From the human T2T-CHM13v2.0 reference genome, Homo sapiens, in the NCBI RefSeq assembly GCF_009914755.1, contig NC_060932.1: DNA of 64,000 bases. One strand, 5' to 3'. Shown piece after piece: positions 58,803 through 64,000 of this stretch. The translations under genes were made by a program, and so were the position numbers. Positions within the stretch are counted from its first letter, which is position 1; each line of letters opens with the position of its first letter. The notes under the pieces are model-generated. The model was not told where the DNA came from. It saw only the letters and a list, made by a program, of their open reading frames with translations, and made no database searches.

Positions 58803-59275
58803 TGTAGTGGGTGAAATAGTGGCTCCCAAAAAGATACGTTCAAGTGCTAGTCACCGGAATCTGTGAGCATGACATTTGGAAAAAGCGCCTCTGTGGGTGA
58901 AATTGTTGAGGATCTCTGCATGAGATCATCCTGGATTAGGGTGGGCCCTAAACCTGATGACAGGTGTCCTCATAAGAAAAGGAGAGGGACATGTGAGACA
59001 TAAAGGGATACAGGGAGGAAGGCCCTGTGGAAGTGGAGGCAGAGGCTGGACTGCTGCAGCTCTGAGCCCAGGAACGCCCAGCACTGCCGGCAGCTGGCAG
59101 GAGCCAGGAGCGGGCCTGGGGCGGCTTCCCCCTCAGAGCCTCCAGGAGGAGCCAAGTCTGCCCATAATTTGTTTTCAGACTTCTGGCCTCCAGAGCTGCG
59201 AGAGGATGCACTTTTGGTGTTTTGAGCCATGAATTGTGCAGAAATTTGTTATGGCAGCCACAGGAAACTAAAGCC
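58803..59275 (+). mobile_element. MLT1B/C MaLR LTR within L2 fragments
   Basis: gagatcatcctggattagggtgggccctaaa...ttcagacttctggcctccagagctgcgagag...tttgttatggcagccacaggaaactaa. Confidence 0.82.
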
Positions 59276-59417
59276 GTGCTTCCTGCTCTGACTTAGATAT
59301 AATAGATCCTCAATAAATAGGGTGGGACAATAATCTGAATCCTACTAACTGCCTGGCAGGGCCCCAGGTGTACACGGGGACTGAGCATTTAACTCTGAGA
59401 GCACCTCACTCTCATTA

Positions 59418-59548
59418 CCAGACCCCTACCCTCAGCCCAGACTCCCACTTTCAGCCCAGGCCTCCCACTCTTATCCAGATCCCCACTCTCAGCCCAGACC
59501 CCACTCTCAGTCCACACCCCAACTCTCAGCCCAGACCCCGCTCTCAGG
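59418..59548. repeat. 18-19-bp minisatellite (CCCAGACCCCACTCTCAG, ~7 copies) at the intron 5' end
   Basis: Directly visible degenerate tandem units starting ~11 nt into the intron after coding exon 1. Confidence 0.9.
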
Positions 59549-59559
59549 CAGCATCTCAC

Positions 59560-59865
59560 CAGCCACCATCGGTAGGTGTCGTCCTCCAAGAGCGCGTTCT
59601 GGGCAGTCAGCAGCGGCTGCATGGTCTGGTTGAACCTCTCATCGAACCAGGCCGAGAGCTTGCGCTGCCCGATGCAGTGGGTGCAGGTGCAAGGCCTGTG
59701 CTTGATCAGTCTCTTCAGGTTCTCGGAGAGCTCCAGGACCATCTGCTTGGGGAACCAGGTGGTGGCCACCATGGTGTGGGAGTAGTTCAGGAAGAAGGAG
59801 GTGAGGAAGATGAAGAGCACGAGGAAGGTGAGCACTTTCAGGGTCCTCTTCCGCAGGGTCACCAT
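59560..59865 (-). CDS. ST3GAL1: ST3GAL1 coding exon 1 (aa 1-102: cytoplasmic tail, type II signal-anchor, stem); the exon starts at 59915 with 50 nt of 5'UTR
   Basis: Translates MVTLRKRTLKVLTFLVLFIFLTSFFLNYSHTMVATTWFPKQ...DDTYRWWL, recognised as the ST3Gal I N-terminus. Kozak AAG ATG G, acceptor ctcttag|GAG, donor CTG|gtgaga; 306 nt. Confidence 0.97.
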
Positions 59866-60118
59866 CTTCGCAGTCCTGATGGTGGCCTCCCACGATGGGT
59901 AGCAGGAACTCCCTCCTAAGAGAGGAGAAAAATGGAAGAAAAATCCCAGAGGTGGAGGCTCAATCAAAAGGGATGGCAGGAATTCCAAGGGAGGACACAA
60001 GGGCCGCTAAGCTCGACTTCACTCCTGCTGGGGGATGACCCCCAACTGTGTCCCAGACACGGCTGTGTGGTAGACCAACGCCATTCGTGGCATGTTGGCT
60101 TTGCTTGCATATATTTAC

Positions 60119-60441
60119 CTTTTCAGAAAATAAAGTAGCCTATTCTCCTGCAATCCTTAAAGAGCTGATAATGTCTCTCGATCAAGCTTTAACCAGTGAT
60201 TTCCTTTCACATCCAAAGAAGATAAGGGGTCATTAATCTCTGTGACAGTCCAGGGTCCCTCAGGAGCGAGGACCTCGAAGGAAGGGTGTTGGTATAGCGG
60301 GGAGGGAAACTGTCTCTGCCGTCCTCCTCCAACTGTGGTTTCTGACGATCCTTAATTAGGGCTTTTTCTTTCCCATCCTGTCGCCAGGGACATGGTGGGT
60401 ACACAACCAGCTTGATGAAGGCACAGAAGGTTGTCTGTCAT
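60119..60441 (-). other. ST3GAL1: ST3GAL1 non-coding 5'UTR exon (323 nt)
   Basis: Minus-strand polypyrimidine acceptor ttttcttcctccttttctttgcag|ATGACAG (AG at 60442-60443) and donor GAAAAG|gtaaat (GT at 60117-60118). It sits 203 nt upstream of the first coding exon. Inferred from splice signals only, with no transcript data. Confidence 0.7.
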
Positions 60442-62059
60442 CTGCAAAGAAAAGGAGGAAGAAAACAGCGTGAGATTCTGTGATCCTGCTATAAAAAATG
60501 TTTCTCTCCACATCTCCACCAGGACGTATTCCGTGGTCTTCCTTCTGGTGTCATGCCAACCTGGCAGGTGGCTCTGGATGGTTTATCTACCTTTGTGAGC
60601 CTGAGTGCGTGCATACAATGGATGTTATCATCTCTTTGCAAGGTTATTATGGGATGCAGAAGGTGTCCCCTCCATGTTTCCAACAAGAACCTAGCACATT
60701 GACACACTCAACAAACATTTGTCAAAGAGCTCGTGATGCATGTAGGTACAATATACACAGGAATTGTTAAATGCATGTTATTTGCCTTTCTCTCTACTTC
60801 ATTCTCTTCCAGATTTTGGATTTCAGCAACAAGCACAACAACAATGGTATGCTTAGAGAGTGGCCCAGGGTTCCTTTTACCTGGGCATTCAAGCTCTGCC
60901 AATTGGCCTCAGTTCCATAAAAAGGGGCTTTAGATGGTCCAGGTTCAAGTTCTGATTTCCCAGCTGTGGAGCCTTGGGAAAGTTATTTGACCTTCCTGAC
61001 CCTCAGTTTCTTCTTCTGCAAAGTGGGATACTAACACCCCTACTTATAGAATGGTTATGAAGATAAGATAAAATGATGTATGCTGGGCTTCTGGTATCTA
61101 TTAGGCCATTGCTGAACTTTAATTTTTCTTCTTCAACATGTGAATGAATCAATATTCTCTGATGATCCACTAAGAGCTGAGAGAATGAGATATTCATGCA
61201 TACGTATCTCTTCAGATAATCCTCAGAATATACTGTCAGCTAGATATTAGTTTCCCTTTTTGTCTTGGAAGAAACTGAGACTCAAAGTGCTTAGATGACT
61301 TGCCTAAGGAAAGGAAGGAGCAGGATCCGAGTCCAAATCCACAGTCCTCTGATTCCTTACATCGGGAGGGGTTGGGGGACCAGGAACAGGGGGTTGGGGG
61401 GCTCTACCCTGGAGCAGACACCTGTCTTGTTAACTGGTCTTCAGATTACTACGGCTGGAGGGATATAGAGCAAGGGGGGAGTATTCTTTTGAAGAAGGCA
61501 AACAGGTACCTCTCAAATGCCCATCGGAGACCCCTCTGGCTCTCACCGACACCTTGGGATTTCTGTATGGTACAACTGTGGTTGCACGTCTGCCCTGGAG
61601 CGTGGTCTTTTTGGTCTTTGCTTGGAATGCTGAAGAATGGAAGAAATCTGATCGATTCCTCCCCATTCTCAAGGTGTAGATTGTCAATAAGCAGGGTATA
61701 TTTTTTTCCAGGAAAATTAGAGTTGAAAGGAGATTGATCACCTTTTGGTAGAAAGGGGGACAGCTCCAAAACCATATTAAATCCACAGTGCCCTTCTGAA
61801 GACATCCAGGGCCCAAGATGCATAGGGTGCAACCCTCTACAGCTTCCAGAACTAGAAGCCCAACGTATGGAGGACAAGGTCTGAGCTCTGCAGCTCAGTT
61901 GGCAACGTCATTTTTATCCGGTCTCTGCTCCAGTTTTCACTTTTCATGACAACCTAGATTTTGTTTATAACCTAGTGGTGTCCACAGGTATCCCATCCAA
62001 TTCTCTCCCCACCTGCCCCCATCAAGGAGCAGCTCTGTAATTTAAGTAAGAATAACTTC

Positions 62060-62420
62060 TGCATCATCACAGATAGGCTCACAATTCACTTGACTGGCAG
62101 AGGGTTCCCACCTCTTACCCCAGTAATTGATCCAGGGATGGGCATGTGCCTTAATTCATCCAGCCAAGCTTCTGTAGGGAGGGAAGAAACTTTCTTTTGC
62201 TCTGGCTGGCTTGTTGTTGACATGTGGAACATCCTGCTGGCTATTTTGCTAGCGTGTGTAGAAGAGACTAGAGCTGAACAACCCGAACAAATGGTGCTAA
62301 ATCCCTGATCCTGCTCAACCTGCAGCCCCACCCTCACCTTGACTTTTCAGTTACATGAGGGAATAAATCCCCTTTATGGGGTAAAGTAGGTTATTTGTAA
62401 CTTGAAGCAATGTGACTGAC
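62060..62420 (+). mobile_element. Old MLT1 (K/L-like) LTR
   Basis: tccagggatgggcatgtg...gacttttcagttacatgagggaataaatccccttt. Confidence 0.55.
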
Positions 62421-64000
62421 CCAGAGGTCACAGTTGCTCCTACCTCCGTGTCCCTGCTCAGGCTGTCCCCACTGTCCAGAAAACCACCCCACCCTGCTTT
62501 GCCGATGGCTCTTACTCATTCTCTAGGGCTCAGCTGGTGCTGACTCCTGGAGGAAGCCCTGCCCTCTCCTGGGGTGAGTTAGGGGCCTCTCCTGGCTCCC
62601 TAGGGTCCTGGCTGCACTCTGTCTGTGCTCTTCACACATATGTCTCCTCCCTGGACTGGGAGCAATGTGAGGATGGAAACTCAGCCTCACTATGGCAGTG
62701 ACCCTGTCACCCGTGCACACACTCAATGCTCAGTGGAGGCTTGGGTCATGAAGAAACCCAGAAATGAATGAAGGGAAACAAAACGGCCAACAGTCCAGAG
62801 GGAGAACTCAGAAAGAAAGCACAGACTCTGAGTCACATTTCCATTCTCAGCAGCCTGTCCCACACTACTCACTGCGTGACCATGAACAAGTCACCTAGCC
62901 CTTCCGAACCATCCCTTCAATGGGAAAAACGGATTGATAACACAAATTCTGCTCATTTCTCGGGGCCGTCAGCCCATCAAGGTTGTCCATTCATCTCATT
63001 CATTGACTGCATATTTGCTGGTCCTTGCGTTCTCCAGGCCCTGGACAAGGTGGCTGGGGTGCATCGTAAAAGGATCTAAGGTAGGCGCCTCCCAGGCATC
63101 AATAGGGCCCCAGACCCTGTGGAGCAAAGGAGGCCTGTATGGCTGGATCAGACACAGTGTGGAGGAGAGGAGTGGGTGGGGGGTGAGGGGGAATCTGAGC
63201 ATGCAGCTGGGGTGAGAGTGTGTTGGGCCAGAGAAGCCACAGTCAAGACTAAGTTTTCTCTGGGTGACATAGAAACCTGCTGGTGGGGCTGAGCAGAGGA
63301 ATGCCATGGTCTTACTACATTTGCCTTTATAATGAGCAGGGCCTAGGACACCCTTGCCCTTAGTGCCTCTGCACCCCTAATGCCAGGGCAGAGATGAGTT
63401 CCCTGAAACAGATGACTGTTGATCCGTGTTGATCAAACAAGGCTCTGGATGAGAGGTCAGGTTTCCTACAATGTCCTGCCTCTGCGTGAGAGATATTAAT
63501 GCTCTAGGCTGCTGCTAGGGATGGCGTGAGAGGCAGGGCAGAGGGCAAGGTTGTGCTGCACAGGTTGTGGGACTGTGACAGCCTCCTCTCCTCTGGGGCA
63601 TCCTGCAGCCACACCTCCAAGGCCAGGGCACTCCCCATAACCATCAGAGGCTTCTGAGCTGGTATCATTTAGCGCTTTCCAAAGCCCTGGATAAAACTGC
63701 AATGGAAAAGCAAGAACACCGCTATACCCCTTCCCTGGCTGCAGGGAAGAAACCAGGACTGCATGTCTTCTCCGTGCTCTAGCAAGCGTGGGGCAGCCTG
63801 CAGGCATGGGGGAATGCCAGCCCTGGCTCCCGGAAATGACATCTGGGCCAGGACGCCACAGACCAAAGATCTCTGCATGTCAAGTGTGCGGTGAGGGAGG
63901 CCGGGCCCCCCAGAACAAGGAGAAAGAAGAGAGGGAGCAGGGAAGGATGGGGAAGGAGGGAAGCTGGCTCCCTGTCCTCTGCCAAATGGCAGTCATTTCC

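Noticed and set aside
59418-59548. CRISPR-like array
   Set aside because: The units are contiguous with no unique spacers, there are no cas genes, and the context is a eukaryotic intron.
59368-59919. Plus-strand ORFs antisense to ST3GAL1 exons (also near 48427 and 49750)
   Set aside because: Shadow ORFs expected from GC-rich codon usage on the coding strand.

Overview
Primate, almost certainly human, genomic DNA containing the 3' part of ST3GAL1 (beta-galactoside alpha-2,3-sialyltransferase 1, GT29) on the minus strand. The window holds one 5'UTR exon (60119-60441), six GT-AG coding exons that join into a complete 340-aa ORF (59865 to 43606, 1023 nt), and a ~4.9-kb 3'UTR ending near 38690. 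The promoter and earlier 5'UTR exons lie beyond the right edge. Bases 1 to ~38600 are downstream intergenic DNA dominated by interspersed repeats (Alu, MIR, L1, L2, MaLR/ERV LTRs, DNA transposons). No prokaryote-type system (CRISPR, operon) is present, and I cannot claim a new biological system. The best leads are: (1) the 3'UTR stays open in the CDS frame for 198 codons past a UGA-C stop and has a strong-Kozak ATG 18 nt after the stop; (2) two independent MER41 solo LTRs 233 bp apart, one keeping a STAT1 GAS motif; (3) a diverged ~170-bp direct duplication in the 3'UTR; (4) a perfect 42-bp palindrome beside a fold-back-modified Alu end; (5) a bipartite CTCF motif 1.3 kb past the poly(A) site; (6) uORFs in the 5'UTR; (7) a G-run minisatellite at the first coding donor. 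Repeat family names come from remembered consensus sequences and boundaries of old repeats are approximate.
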